From contig CM052817.1 of the NCBI GenBank assembly GCA_028534125.1, positions 51,772,001 to 51,836,000 on the forward strand: DNA of 64,000 nucleotides. Reading direction: 5' to 3'. Positions 51,035-63,199 of the stretch are shown in pieces (the stretch's first letter is position 1; each line of letters opens with the position of its first letter). Origin of the DNA: Lama glama (Eukaryota). A model generated the notes under the pieces. It did no database searches and was not told where the DNA came from. It worked only from the letters and a program-made list of their open reading frames with translations. The position numbers and the translations under genes are program-made.

Positions 51035-51706
51035 AGAGTTAAATAACCAACCTCCACTTCATCTTTTTTTCTGGATTAACTAAGGTGCTCTATTTCCTCT
51101 GTAAATCATAGTGGTAGAGTGCCATGATTCTTTGGATTCTTCTTTGTACAAACCAACACTTCTACCTAGTGAGTTTGAGCCTTGCCAGAAGTATATTTGT
51201 TTCCAAATCTTTTTATGCAGTTATGTATGTTATTGTTTTTATGATTTGATCAACTATTGAGTAAATCAATGAAACATACATGGAAAAAGGCCATTATTTC
51301 CATGAAAACTAAATTAAATATTTTAGAAAGATGTAATGAATCTGAGTTAGTAAATTGAGTGGATAACGATAAAATACAGGGGGAAATCTGAACTTATATT
51401 GTTTTACAGATGTCTTTACAATCCAACTCCATTCTAAAGAAAAACATAATTGGAGACTGTTGATCATGAATTTTGGGTATGATCTTATGAAAAAAAATTA
51501 TATGGAATTCTAATTCATGGCCCCCATACTCTAAGAAAAGTCTTGAATAAACATGTTTGCATATATTTGAAGTTATATGCAAATTTAATGTGTTATTAAT
51601 GTATAATTTGGTTTAATGTATGCATATTTACTTTTTCTCATTGTAATAGATTGTTTGAACTAACTAACAAGAAATCCCAGTAGCTTCAGATAAGTAATGC
51701 TTCACG
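51035..51706 (+). mobile_element. Tigger13a-like TcMar DNA transposon
   Basis: taaccaacctccactt..ggattaac start and cagataag..gcttc end. Internal ISMKTKLNILERCNESE resembles the pogo/CENP-B N-terminal HTH. Confidence 0.75.
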
Positions 51707-52566
51707 CTCTCATGGCCTAATGTCTTTATACGTCAACACTGTTGTCTGTTTGGTTGGCTTGAGATAGTCAGCCTTTGTGTTTTCCTAATACTTAAATTAC
51801 TACTTGTCCTTTATCCTTCTCCCTCTTTCTTATTCGTGCTTGGCTAACTCATACATGTTTTTAGGTACCCATCTAAGACATATGACATATGTATTAACTT
51901 GTTAACAGTGTATGCACGTGTTTGTATATCATGTGCACAGACAATACTACTCAGGCATTTTCCTTTCATTTAAAATTAAATTTTACTGTATTAATTTAAA
52001 TTATTAAGCTCAAAACTCTACATTTTTAATGTTTATTTACATCTTACAAGTATTGCTCTTCTATTTATAAAACAGCACATTTTAACAATTACTTTAAGTG
52101 GCCTTTTGATTAATAGCCATTCTAATACATAAAGTTAGATATGTTTGCTAAAACTTTAAACTGGATTTACATATTTAACACATTTGGTTTTCTTACTAAG
52201 TACTCCAATAAATCTTCTCAAGTACTTAAATAATACTTGAGAATCTGATAAATTACACTTATAAATATCTTTACTATTAAGTTCATTTAAGTGTTCCAGT
52301 AAAGTTTATAACCTGAGTAAAATTTCAACTTATAATAATAATTATACATATTATAGTATCATAAAATATTTTGGGAAAAACTGTTACTCAATTAAGCCAA
52401 ATTCTCTAGTGTTATACAAGGTGAATAATATCAAAATATGCTCAGAATATTCCTTAACATAAAAGCAACTTTTGCATGTTGATTTTATTTTATTATTTCT
52501 ACACCAAACTCTAATTCTTCTTGTGGATAAAATATCCTAACCCACCAAGGAACAGTTATATCATCC

Positions 52567-53151
52567 TGTGTTGGGAAGCACAACACCCCTCCCCTAGATG
52601 TCCATACCACAATCTCTGGAAACGGTAAATGTTTATTTTATGTGGCAAAAATGATTTAGTAGATTGGTTAATATATGGGCCTGGAGAGGGAGAGAATGTC
52701 CTGGATTTTCTGCTTTAGCTCAATCTAATCACACAAATCCTTAAAAGAAAGAATATTTCCTGGTCTGGTGAGATGTGACAATGGAAGAGGGGGAGAGAGA
52801 GAGATCTGACATTAGAAGAACTCAGTCCACTCCTGCTGACCTTGAAGACAGTGGAAGGGAGACAAGAGCCAAAGAGCACAGGTGGCTTCTACAGGCTGGG
52901 AATGTATCTCAGCTGACAACCAATCTGAAAATCACAAAAAAACAGAATTCTGCCAACAAGCTGAATAAGTAAGGAAATTGATTCTCCTTGAAAGTCTCAA
53001 GAAACAAATGAAGCCCTATTATTACTCTGATGTGAGCCTGGTGAGACCTGTGTGGGAGTTCAACCTACAGAATTAGAAGATGATAAATTTGTACTGGTGA
53101 AGCCATTAAGTTTGTGATTGTATGTTACATAAACAACATAAAGCTAAGACA
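52567..53151 (+). mobile_element. MLT1E-like MaLR solo LTR
   Basis: TG...CA; gaattctgccaacaagctgaataag..gataaatttgt..aagccattaagtttgtg. Confidence 0.88.
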
Positions 53152-53509
53152 AGAACTGAACAAATTATTAAGATAGCGTCTCAGAATATTAGCATATTTG
53201 CCAGAAATTTAAACCAGATTGTGAATACTGAGGCAACAATGACTTGGTACGGTTTTCAAACATCCAAACTGCTATATTGAGTCCTCATCTACCATGTTTA
53301 CAACAATAGGAGACTTCCAGTCCAAAAAGAGTCATTTTGTAGTCAATACCCCCATAATTCATAGTTCATAGTCTACCTAACACTCAAACCTTCTATCGCT
53401 ATACTTCTTGACTGGATTCAACTACAGTATTTATTATTCTGGTTTATGAGGAATTATTTTAATATTCTTCTCATAATTTTTACATATTCTTAAATGACAG
53501 GTCTCATTG

Positions 53510-53689
53510 CCTCCAACTCTTCTGTCTCTCAAAAGCCCACTTGGTAATCCAGGATAAACTCATCATCTAAAGATTCTTAACTAAATTGCATCTGCAGAAA
53601 CCGTTTTCTCCAAATAAAGTAATATTCATAGGTTTCTGAGTATTAGGATGTGGATATACATTTTAGAGGCCACTATTCTGCTAAATACA
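53510..53689 (-). mobile_element. MLT1 LTR, 5' portion
   Basis: taatccaggataa..catctgcag..tattaggatgtggatat..gaggccactattctgc. Confidence 0.8.
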
Positions 53690-53954
53690 GCAAGTAACCA
53701 AGCATAGTTTTATTTTTGAGATTTTTCTATAGTCATTTGAGAGTCATATGAGTGACTATGGTATGCCTTAAACAATTTAAAAAGTCCCCAATAATCACCA
53801 CCAAGATACAATCACCATGTTTCTCAGACATAGGCAAGTTAATTCTTGGCTTTCCAGAGGAAGTACAGTTCTGAGGATGTAGCTGATACCCTTGGAGAGA
53901 AATTGTTGACGATCTGTGTATCTGACCTACATCATTCGGGGAGTGCAAGGTTTA

Positions 53955-54065
53955 ATTATTTTTTTATTTTTATTTTTATTTATTTTCACTGAAGCATAGT
54001 TGATTTCCAATGATGTGTTAGTTTCAGGTGTACAGCAAAGTGATTCAGTTATGTATGAATATATT
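53955..54065 (-). mobile_element. Short artiodactyl L1 3' end
   Basis: T-rich tail plus tgaagcatagttgattt..gtttcaggtgtacagcaaagtgattcagtt. Degenerate TSD ggagtgcaag/ggagtacaag. Confidence 0.85.
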
Positions 54066-54572
54066 GTAAAGGAGTACAAGTTGACGGCACCTTCAACATG
54101 ACCTCTGGCTGGCTGGTAAGACTCAGTGTTCTCAATTCATTTAGAATAATTGTATTTAGTGCACATCTATGGAAAAACTGCCTCAAGGCAGTCAATATAA
54201 TCTCTCTTATTTATCTAGTCACTGACTGGATGATATTTGGTCACCCACGGAATGACTGAGTGACCGTTAAGGAATGGGAGTGGGGCAGACTTCTGGAGGT
54301 TCTGGCAGATATTTTGCACGGGAGATGCAGGACATGGGACCACCCTCTGCTGTGTCTAATAGATGTCTAGGCAAGATTAGGTGGACTGTCTGTCTAAATA
54401 TTTCAAAATGAGTATTCAAGACTTATACGGCTCTGTTTCTCAGGGCCCACCAGCAAAATGATAGCTGCTTTTCAAGAGTAATGTTTTTGATAACTGTGTA
54501 AGGAGGCAACTAGTTCAAAGCCCTATGAAATACTCTAAGGTGGAGGATGCCTTCATTTCTGGAAGTTTCCTT

Positions 54573-55398
54573 TGTTGAAATAATCAATACTAACTGTTTT
54601 TACTCATAATTCTTCTGTCCCCAAATGTCTGAGATTTTTCCTCCCACTAACAATCTAGTCTCCAAGTCTCTGGACACCAGATAGGTATCCTAAAGTGTAA
54701 TTCATTTCTGACACTAACTTCCTAGAATTAGCATCAAATCCCATAAGTTAAGGGTCCAGTCCCACAAGACTGCCCCTACTGAATAAGCCAGTTGCAAGTT
54801 TTCTACTTTTAGGACTTCTGATTGACCAGCTATAAATTTGGGGGATTTCCATAGTCCTCCTCCTCATGTTTGATAATTTGCTAAAATGGCTCACCGAATT
54901 TAAGAAAAGTACTTTATTTAAATGTACTAGTTTATTATAAAAAATGTTATAAGGAAGACAGATGAACAGCCAGATGAAGAGGTACATAGGGTGAGGTCCA
55001 GAAGGGTCCTGAACACAGGAGCTTCTGTCCCATGGAGTTAGAGTATGTCACTCTCCTTGGCACGTGGATACATTTATGAACCCAAAAGCTCTCCCAACCT
55101 TGCCATTTAGGTGCTTCTAGGGATATTTCATCACATAGGCATGATTGATTATCAAGGTAATCTCTAGTCCTTATCTCTTCCTCAGGGGTTGGGGAGGGTG
55201 GGGCTAGAACTTCCAAGCTTCTAATTGAAGCTTGTCTTTCTGGTGATCAGTCCCTATCGTGAATTTACCTAGGGTCCCACCAAGAGTCACCTCATTAGAA
55301 CAAAAGCAGCTCCTATCACCCTGGAAATTGCAAGAGATTTAAAAGCAATTTGTCAGAACCCAAAGATAAAGATCAAATATACATTTCTTCTTATGTCA
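54573..55398 (-). mobile_element. MER21-family solo LTR
   Basis: ttctgacactaact..cagtcccacaagactgcccc..gatgaacagccagatgaagag..cacctcattagaacaaaag. TSD cctt/tctt. Confidence 0.9.
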
Positions 55399-55645
55399 TC
55401 TTCAGTCACAAGGACTTGTAGTGAAAATATTCTTTACGGTTGTGGGACCACAAAGATAGTAGCACTTCTCTACAAATAGCTCTCCTCAGTAGGAAATGTG
55501 CAAGATGGGGAAATCCGTGCATAAATACTCAGCAATTCCTACTATACAGTCATGTATAAAGAAAGCAATAAGAGTAAATTAAATTGGTCCAAAGACTACA
55601 CCTACAAGGTTAACTATCTTTCCTTCCCTATTGTGACTTCTGTCT

Positions 55646-56097
55646 GTAGTAGGTAGAATAATGGCCTCCCAAAGAGGTTCATATCCTAAACATTGAAATC
55701 TGTGAATAGGTTATGTTATATGGCAGAGGGGAATTAAGGTAGCAGATGGACTTAGAGCTGCTAATGAGTCAGCTGAGCTTAAAATAGGGAGAATACCATG
55801 GATTATCTGGATGAGCCCAGTGTAATCACGGATTACATTGGATTGATAAATGTGGAAGAAGGAGGCATTAGAGTTAGTGTCAGAGCGATGTGGTATGAGA
55901 AATACTCCACTAACTGCTTCCGGCTAAGAAGATGTAAGAGGGTTGTAAGTCAACCCTCTTAGGTGCAGGGCGGGCAGCACCTAAAATCTGGAAAAGCAAG
56001 AAAGTAAATTTTTGCCTAAATTCTCCAGAAGTAATTTAGTCTTGCTAACATCTTGCTTTTTGCCCATTTGAAACCCATTTCAGACTCCTGACCTCCA
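55646..56097 (+). mobile_element. MLT1D-like MaLR LTR, 3' truncated
   Basis: tgtagtaggtagaataatggcctcccaaaga..ggggaattaaggtagcagatgga..cagactcctgacctcca. Confidence 0.88.
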
Positions 56098-56263
56098 TCC
56101 CATCAGTTTAACTCAAGGGCACTGAATCCCACATAACAAGATAGCATGGTGACTTGGAGATCTATATTCAAAAACCTATAAAAATAGAACCCTTTTCTTC
56201 ATTTTAGAAAACTTCCTATCAAAAATGTTTTAACTCTTTTGTCAAATGTTATCACCATTTATG

Positions 56264-56727
56264 TGTGAAGGAAAAGCCGGGCTGGTCTAACAAGCTAACT
56301 CACAAGTCTAGGAATGTGAAGGAGAGGCTGGGCTGGGCTAACAAGATAACTCACGAATCTAAGTATCGGAATACTGATCTGAGTTCTGCTGGACTAACTT
56401 GTAAATCTAAGTTGATTAGTGTTGGTTTGCTGTTCATGTTTTTTGCTAGCCAGCTGGATTTCCAAAGAGCTATATCTGGCTTTGGAATGTTGGTTTGCTG
56501 CCTCCCTACCTCCACTTTTGTGATAATGATGCTGCTAAAGCTGCTCCATGCCTATTGGCCGAATACCCCAAGTTTGTATTTTACCCTATAAAACCTCATG
56601 TGCACATCTTGGAGGTGCTCAGAGCTTCGGAGCAGAAGCCCCTCTGAGCCCGCCAGCATAATACATCTGAGTACTCCAACCCTCCGAGTGGTGCTTGTTT
56701 CTTGGCTGGTCTGTTGTTTCTGTAACA
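56264..56727 (+). mobile_element. Young ERV1/gamma-like LTR with a 51-bp tandem duplication
   Basis: TG...AACA termini, TATAAAA 56587-56593, AATACA 56660-56665, several intact CpGs. Confidence 0.8.
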
Positions 56728-56880
56728 AGCTGAGGAGAGAGACTCATCAGAAATCAGCCAGACCACACTGGTCCTTGATCTTAGACTTCCAACCTCCAGA
56801 ACCATGAGAAAATAAATTTCTGTTGTTTATGCCACCTAGTATGTGATATTTTGTCATGGCAGTCTGAGAAGACTCATTTG
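56728..56880 (+). mobile_element. MLT1A/B-like LTR, 3' half
   Basis: cttgatcttagacttccaacctccagaaccatgagaaaataaatttctgttgttt. Confidence 0.85.
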
Positions 56881-56909
56881 CTTTTCAATTAATGTACAGT
56901 TATTTTCTT

Positions 56910-57120
56910 ATTTAGAAGCAGAATTCCTGAGATCAAGTTTGGCTTTTATACTTAGCTGCTGGATTTTAAGCAAGTGACTTAGCTTCTGTGTGTCTCCATT
57001 TCATCATCTGTAAAATGAGAATTATTATAGTTCCTACCTTACAGGGTTGTGGTGAAGATTAAATAATATATTTTAGCTAAAGGCTTTGGAAAAGTCCCAG
57101 GAAATAGAATAATTAGTCAT
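56910..57120 (+). mobile_element. MIR SINE
   Basis: gcaagtgactta..catctgtaaaatgagaa..cctaccttacagggttgtggtgaagattaaat. Confidence 0.88.
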
Positions 57121-58217
57121 CATGAAAATGGTGGTGGTAGTTACATAGACTTGGAGAATCACAAGCTCTAAAAAGTCAACTGAAGGCAGGTTAATAATGT
57201 TCCTAATAAAATGTTATGGCCATATCTCAGAATATAAAATAGTTCAAATGGTACACGTTTGTGTTTGGGGGCAGGGTTGCTGGAAGGCTGCTTCATTTCC
57301 AAATCCTTAGTAGCACTCAAGGCCCTCCAGGGAAAACCAACTGTTGACAATCTTTAATGTATAGTTAATACAAGTATACATCTGCTATTTAAATGCATGT
57401 ACCATATTTTGAGAAGATCTCAGGAGCTAGAGAAGGAACATCAAATTAACATGATTTAGGCTAGTAGAATAATTTCGCATAATTATTGCCATTAAAAACT
57501 TGGCACAAACTTTTTAATATCTTTTTCTTTGAACTTAAAGTGTTTTGAGACCCACTATCCTGTTTTTGGCATGTGTTAAGATACTGGTGACCTTATGATC
57601 ATGCCAGCATTGCTCTTGGCTCTTAAACTTCTGCAGCATTCCAAGCCTACACACTGCAAAAGACAAATAACAAAAATGACATTTCACCAATCTGACCCAT
57701 TTCTTCCAAATAAACCATAAGAGTCAACTGCAGGTTTATCAGAAGAAACAATTTCCTGAACTCTATCTCTCTCGAGCCACAGACTGACATTTCTTTGCTG
57801 TTGGAAAAGACTGAAGTCATACAACAGTATTGTTTAACTGAAAAGAAAAAAAGAAATCTTCCCAGGTGCCCCTCCACACACATATAATACAAACAAAGAA
57901 GGGAAAAAAATAAATCATATTTTTCCAAATGATAAAGGAATTAGAAAATTAACTTTCATAAATGTATGTGATACATCATTTTGGTTCAGCATATAAGATT
58001 TTATGTGGCGTACATAGTAAAATAAGTAAATTAAAGAACAAGTGAATAAATAGACAATGGACCAATATTCTAACCATTAAGAAAAACAAGATTGGAATTG
58101 CTTGATTTTCAAGAATTTGGAAACACACAAACATAAATGCCAAGCAATGATACTGACCAAAAGAAAGTGTTCATTTTATAAGACTCTACATGAAGTAGAA
58201 GAAATAGTATGTTAGCT

Positions 58218-58354
58218 GGGGGGAGAGTGTAGCTCAGTGGTAGAGCACGTACTTAGCATGAACGAGATCCTAGGTTCAATTCCCAGTACCTCCATTAAAA
58301 AATAAATAAATAAACCTAATCCCTCTCCACAACCAAAAGAAAACAAAACAAAAA
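58218..58354 (+). mobile_element. tRNA-Ala-derived SINE (camelid Vic-1-like), full length
   Basis: tRNA-Ala(AGC)-like head, taaataaataaacctaat tail, A-rich end, perfect 17-bp TSD AAGAAATAGTATGTTAG (58199-58215, 58355-58371). Confidence 0.93.
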
Positions 58355-59139
58355 AAGAAATAGTATGTTAGTGATCACATGAGATTAGATCTCCTGACAG
58401 TTTTACTTTTCTTCCAATAAAAGATATATTTACCAAAAGGAAATTGAAATCTTATTGATTTTTTTGAAATACAGTACATTTCAAGGTTGACATTTAAACA
58501 TAGACCCTAGGTTTAATAATGTTCTTAAACCAAAATGTCGTTCTTTTGCAGAGACAAAATGCTTTGGGATTGGAACAAAAAGGCCTTCTATAACTGAATG
58601 TACTCACTGAAGAATATTTCTACTAGTGGATTAGAAAGAAAAATAATGTGGGGATTCAAGTTATCATTATTTTAATTAATCTATTTTATTTTTATCTTTC
58701 TTGTAGCAAATATTACAGGTCATTGACTTCATTTGGAACACCGAGATGAAGGTATCGCAAGTATTATAATATCAATAAAATCTCACATGAAATATTTACA
58801 TAGTTAAGTCCTAAATGTTGACCAAAGTAAATGATATTCTTTTCAGGTTTGGTGTGCTCAGTGGCCTGTAGCCAAGACTGATATCAGAGGAGAAACTCAG
58901 TCCTGAATCAACCATGAACTTTACAAAGTACATCATTTTGTTTAAAATAACAATTACTTGTATTGGCTTGCTTAGTCAATTTACCTGTGAAAAATATGAA
59001 TGAAACAGATTGGAAAACAAAAGGCCACAGAGCATATTCTATTTATTAGCTTGAACAGTGTTTCTCTTATATGTTCATATGTGTATACACATGTACACAC
59101 ACACACACACACAATGAAAGATACCAGTGAGCCATTTCC

Positions 59140-59290
59140 TACTGGACTGAACATATGTTCTTTTAAGAGAGATTTTTTGAATTCTTGTTATATGTCAAGT
59201 AGTATCCTGGGTATTGGACCTGTGGCAGTGAGCAAAGCACATTAACACTCTCTGCCCCATGGCACTTCCATTCCAGCAGGGAGAAACAGA
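59140..59290 (-). mobile_element. L2 3' end
   Basis: tatatgtcaagtagtatcctgggtattgga..cagtgagcaaagca..cattccagcagggagaaacaga. Confidence 0.7.
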
Positions 59291-59480
59291 GAGTGGTTGA
59301 GTGAAAAGTGTACTCTATTGAGAAAGCCTGGGATTTGGAATCAGACTTCTTCAGAAATCAAATGTTCTCAGTATGGCCCCTGAGATGCTGGGTGACCTTG
59401 GACACGTTATTTAATACCTTAAAGTCACAAATTTTATCTTTAGAATTAGCATAAGCTGATTGTTGTAAGAGAATTCTGGG
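59290..59480 (+). mobile_element. MIR fragment
   Basis: gggatttggaatcagac..gctgggtgaccttggacacgttatttaa. Confidence 0.65.
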
Positions 59481-60255
59481 CAATGTTAGGCAACTGGTCT
59501 TTTATTTTGCCAAAATTTCTACTAAAAAATCAATTTCTTTTGCCAGTTGTAACTCAAGAGACATCAGAAAGCTAAGAGGCAGATCAGTCAAAAGCAATAT
59601 TTTTTACCAAGGTGATTTTATTTATTTTTTCCCTATCTTAGATAGCATGGGATAATAAATACAACAAAAATACAACAACTGACCCTTGTTTCCTTGTCTC
59701 CTAATGATGCAGCTTTTTTCCTTGACAGTTTTGGTTACTGACCCTAGATTCCAGACCCTATGTTTGAGGAGGGGTAGACAAAAGAGGTTGTGTTTCCATG
59801 GACACAATCTGGACACACTGCTTCTCCCCCTTGAGATAACTTCCCTCCCTCCTTTATGCCTAAGATGATTGACTGCGATGACATCTAATTACAACTTTTC
59901 CTTTCTCATTTGCATCACTAAGGGCCTGGCTTCTTTATTCATCATCAGAGATATCACAACGTGGCAGGCATGAAAGAATTTCTCATGACATAATGTGGGA
60001 AACAAAGACAAAGGAACACTGTGTGCTTTCATTCCATTTCCTTGTTATAACTGACTTAAATTGGCTCGTGGGAATGGAATGGCTTAAGGTTGGTTCTATC
60101 AGGCTTTCTTTGTGACAATTTACCAATTCTAAGTATTCACAGATGACAGTGCATTGTCACATGGAAAAAGCCTGAAATCCCCCAGGCCACTAGAGGCAGA
60201 GTTGTTCAAAGAATCCTGGTTATATTTATTTTAGCATCTCTATCTCTATCACTAA

Positions 60256-60298
<43 letters not shown>

Positions 60299-60340
60299 CA
60301 CACACATATATACACACATTCATATATGCACACACACATA
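60256..60340. repeat. Compound (CT)n/(CA)n microsatellite
   Basis: Direct reading. Confidence 0.95.
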
Positions 60341-60394
60341 TGGATAATAGATTGATCCCAGGTTTGGAATGTATATTAATGAGAAGGCAGGAAT

Positions 60395-60626
60395 ATTAGG
60401 TTGTCCAGAGAAATGGAACTAATATGATGTGTGTGTATGTAGAAAGGTATTTATTAATCATGTGATTATGGAAGCTGACCAGTCCAAACTCTGCAGGCTG
60501 AAGATTCAGGAGAGCTGATGTTCCAGCTCCAGGCTGAAGGCCAGATGCTTGAAGACCTAGAATAGCTAATGGTGCAGATGAAGTCTGAAGGCAATCTGCT
60601 GGAAAATTCCCTCTTGCTGAGGGAGT
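60395..60626 (-). mobile_element. MLT2 LTR, 3' portion
   Basis: tccagagaaa..tcatgtgattatggaagctg..gaagtctgaaggcaatctgctggaaaattccctcttgct. Confidence 0.8.
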
Positions 60627-60814
60627 GTGCCCAGAGCAAAGAGAGCCTAGGACTCAAAGAACAATATTAAGTTTAGCATAATTGTCCCATCACCATGATC
60701 ACCTTTGCACCATCAGAATTTACGAATACACATGTGGATTCTCCTATTTTGTTCTTTTTAAATTTTCAGTGAAAAGGTTGCCCTTCCTTGAACATTGCAT
60801 ATGAAATAACAAAC

Positions 60815-61318
60815 ACCAAAAGAAATGGAGGAAGCTTAAATACATATTACTATGTGAAAGAAGCCAATCTGTAAAGGCTATAAACCTTATGATTCCAACT
60901 CTATGACATTCTAGGAAAGGCAAAACTGTGGAGACTAAAAAGATCAGTGGTTGTGAGGGCTTGGGCAAGGGGTTGAGAGGGACAAATAGCTGAAAAACAG
61001 GATTTTGAGGGCAGTAAAAATACTCTGTATGATACTATAATGATGGATATATGTCATTATATATTTGTACAGACCCACAGAATGTATGACACCAAGTGTG
61101 AACCCTAATGTAAACTATGACTGAGTGATAATGATGTGTCAGCGTAGGTTCACCAGTTTTAACATATACACATATATACTGCTGTTGGGGGATGTTTATA
61201 ATGGGGGAGACTGTGTATATGAGGGGGCATAGGGTCTATGGGAAATCTCTGTACCTTCCTTCTGATTTTGCTGTGACCATAAAATTGATCCAAAAAATTA
61301 AAATCTTTTAAAAAAAAA
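60815..61318 (+). mobile_element. L1MC1/2-like 3' end
   Basis: gtgaaagaagccaatct..gtgaaccctaatgtaaactatg..tatgggaaatctctgtaccttcc, then poly-A. Confidence 0.92.
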
Positions 61319-63199
61319 CCTTACTTATTTTTAAAGCCACATTCTCATAATCCTCGAGACTCATGGACCCCTTCCTGTTTTTTATGTCATATATATTTCT
61401 GAACACACTCAGATATCCTTTAATCCAAATTTTCCAAGTCAGAACAAAATTCTAAATCCACCAGTTTAAATGGTATTCAGTAAATGGAATAAGAAATGGA
61501 AGCTATATACTAATGATACTTAATATTTAAAATTATATCATTTAAAAATATTATAACTCATTCCATGATAACACACATTGTGTTTTTCCCAAAGTCAGTG
61601 TGCAGCTCTCTGATTTAATACTAGATATGGAATATATCCTTTTTAGTCGGTGGCCCTATTGGGAACATACCAGGAAAGATGTCAAGTCAGAAGGGACATT
61701 ATTTATTACCTTTGTAAACTATGTAAGTAAACATTCACTGTATTTTTCCATTTTAAAATTTAGGAGATTTTGGGGCACATGATAAGCACTCAATAAGCGT
61801 TTGCCAAATTATTTACCTCTAGCTCGTCCTGGGTCTTGCTGGTTGGCAGGGTTTAGGATGAGCATGGTAAAAACACAGCACTGAAATTTCTTTTTTTCTT
61901 TTATATGAAAATGGGTTGAAGCACTTTTGCTTTGTCACATCTTTCTTACAAAAAGGTGTATTTTGGATACTCTGATAGAATCACTTCACTGTCAATACTA
62001 GTAGAAAAGAAGAAACCAAAGCATGGAAGAGAAAAAAGATTATGATCAAGGTATTCAGTGGCTATGGGCAACACATGTATTTCTACAGTAAAACAGAGTT
62101 CTTGTGTTAGAAACTACAATAATTCATACACTATGCTTATTATTGATTTATAATTAGTTTAAAAGCTAAACATCAAGTCAAACACTTTTAAATGTTTTCT
62201 GTCAGAACTTTTTAGGATTGCTATTCTTTTAAACTCCCAGATTTCTGAATCTTTACAAATATGAAGTTTCTAATTAACTAACCAAAATGACATTTATAGG
62301 TGAAACTAAAGAAAATAGTTGCTAAAAAAAGTCTTTGTAAATACTTAGCTCAAAGCCTTCCTTTTCTTACCCAATTTGGCACAGATTTCAACACACTGAA
62401 GATTTTTCTTACTTTTACTACTACTTCCTGAAAGTCATATAATGCAGATATTACAAACATTCTACACGTAGAAATATAGATTAATAAAAAACTATTTCAA
62501 AAAGCTTCTTCACAATTATTTGAAATTATTAAGATGAAGGATTTTTCTTAGGAAATTCTTTACTCCTTCACCTTAATAATTTCAAATAATTGTGAAGAAG
62601 TCAAAAATAAGATAAAATAAGATTTAGGATTTAAAATCCTCTTTTATGCGCTACATAAAGCATTCCTCTGGGCATATGTCACAAAATAAGCTGTCAGCCA
62701 ATTTACAAAGTCACCACAAATTCACACTATCCATTTCCTATGAATTATATTTTTACAAGTGGCATTCATACCATACGCACATTGGATTTTCCATATACAA
62801 ACCAAATTATTTGATTCACAAGCCAACAAGTGATGATCATTCCAAACCATAATTTCATACATAAACAGGTTTGCTACAATCCAGAAGTTAATCACACTCA
62901 AATGAATTCATTAGCTAACCAACATATTTGTGATAAAACTCCAATCTGTTAGGCACACAAAATTGTCTGGAATTGGATTTTGTTGTTGTTAGAACCATAT
63001 GGTAATTTTTTTTCCCCAAAAGCACATTTGGAAGGTCTCTTACTGTGAATTTTCATTTGATAATCTTGATTAAAAAAATTATTTCCAAATATTCATCGAC
63101 AGTCCATCCCAAATAAGTACAATTAAAGAACACTTGAACAATGAATTAAGTTGTTGTCAAATGTTGTTAGTAGTAATTAGATTAAAAGTGTATAAGAAC

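Larger units (their letters stand above)
53700..55620 (-). mobile_element. Second decayed ERVL-type internal remnant, split by an L1 stub and MER21
   Basis: Minus-strand TLEKQLSFCWWAL (~54440-54480) resembles ERVL FEKQLLACYWAL. FSLQVLVTE (~55400-55430) resembles LEVSVAD. Confidence 0.55.

Noticed and set aside
52215..52243. 10-bp hairpin TTCTCAAGTA/TACTTGAGAA
   Set aside because: Isolated and AT-rich, too short for a pre-miRNA, and plausible by chance in 64 kb.
57650..57860. Two strong minus-strand splice acceptors
   Set aside because: No convincing paired donors or recognisable peptide. A-rich tracts mimic acceptors frequently here.
58218..58294. tRNA-Ala(AGC) gene
   Set aside because: It is followed by a SINE tail and bounded by a 17-bp TSD.
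58977..58999. Recursive splice (AG/GT ratchet) motif on the minus strand
   Set aside because: No evidence that a long minus-strand intron spans this site, and the motif alone is uninformative.
392..62852. ORF-track entries as protein-coding genes
   Set aside because: All are 159 aa or shorter, many start at non-ATG codons or lie inside LTRs/LINEs, and none resembles a protein family I recognise.
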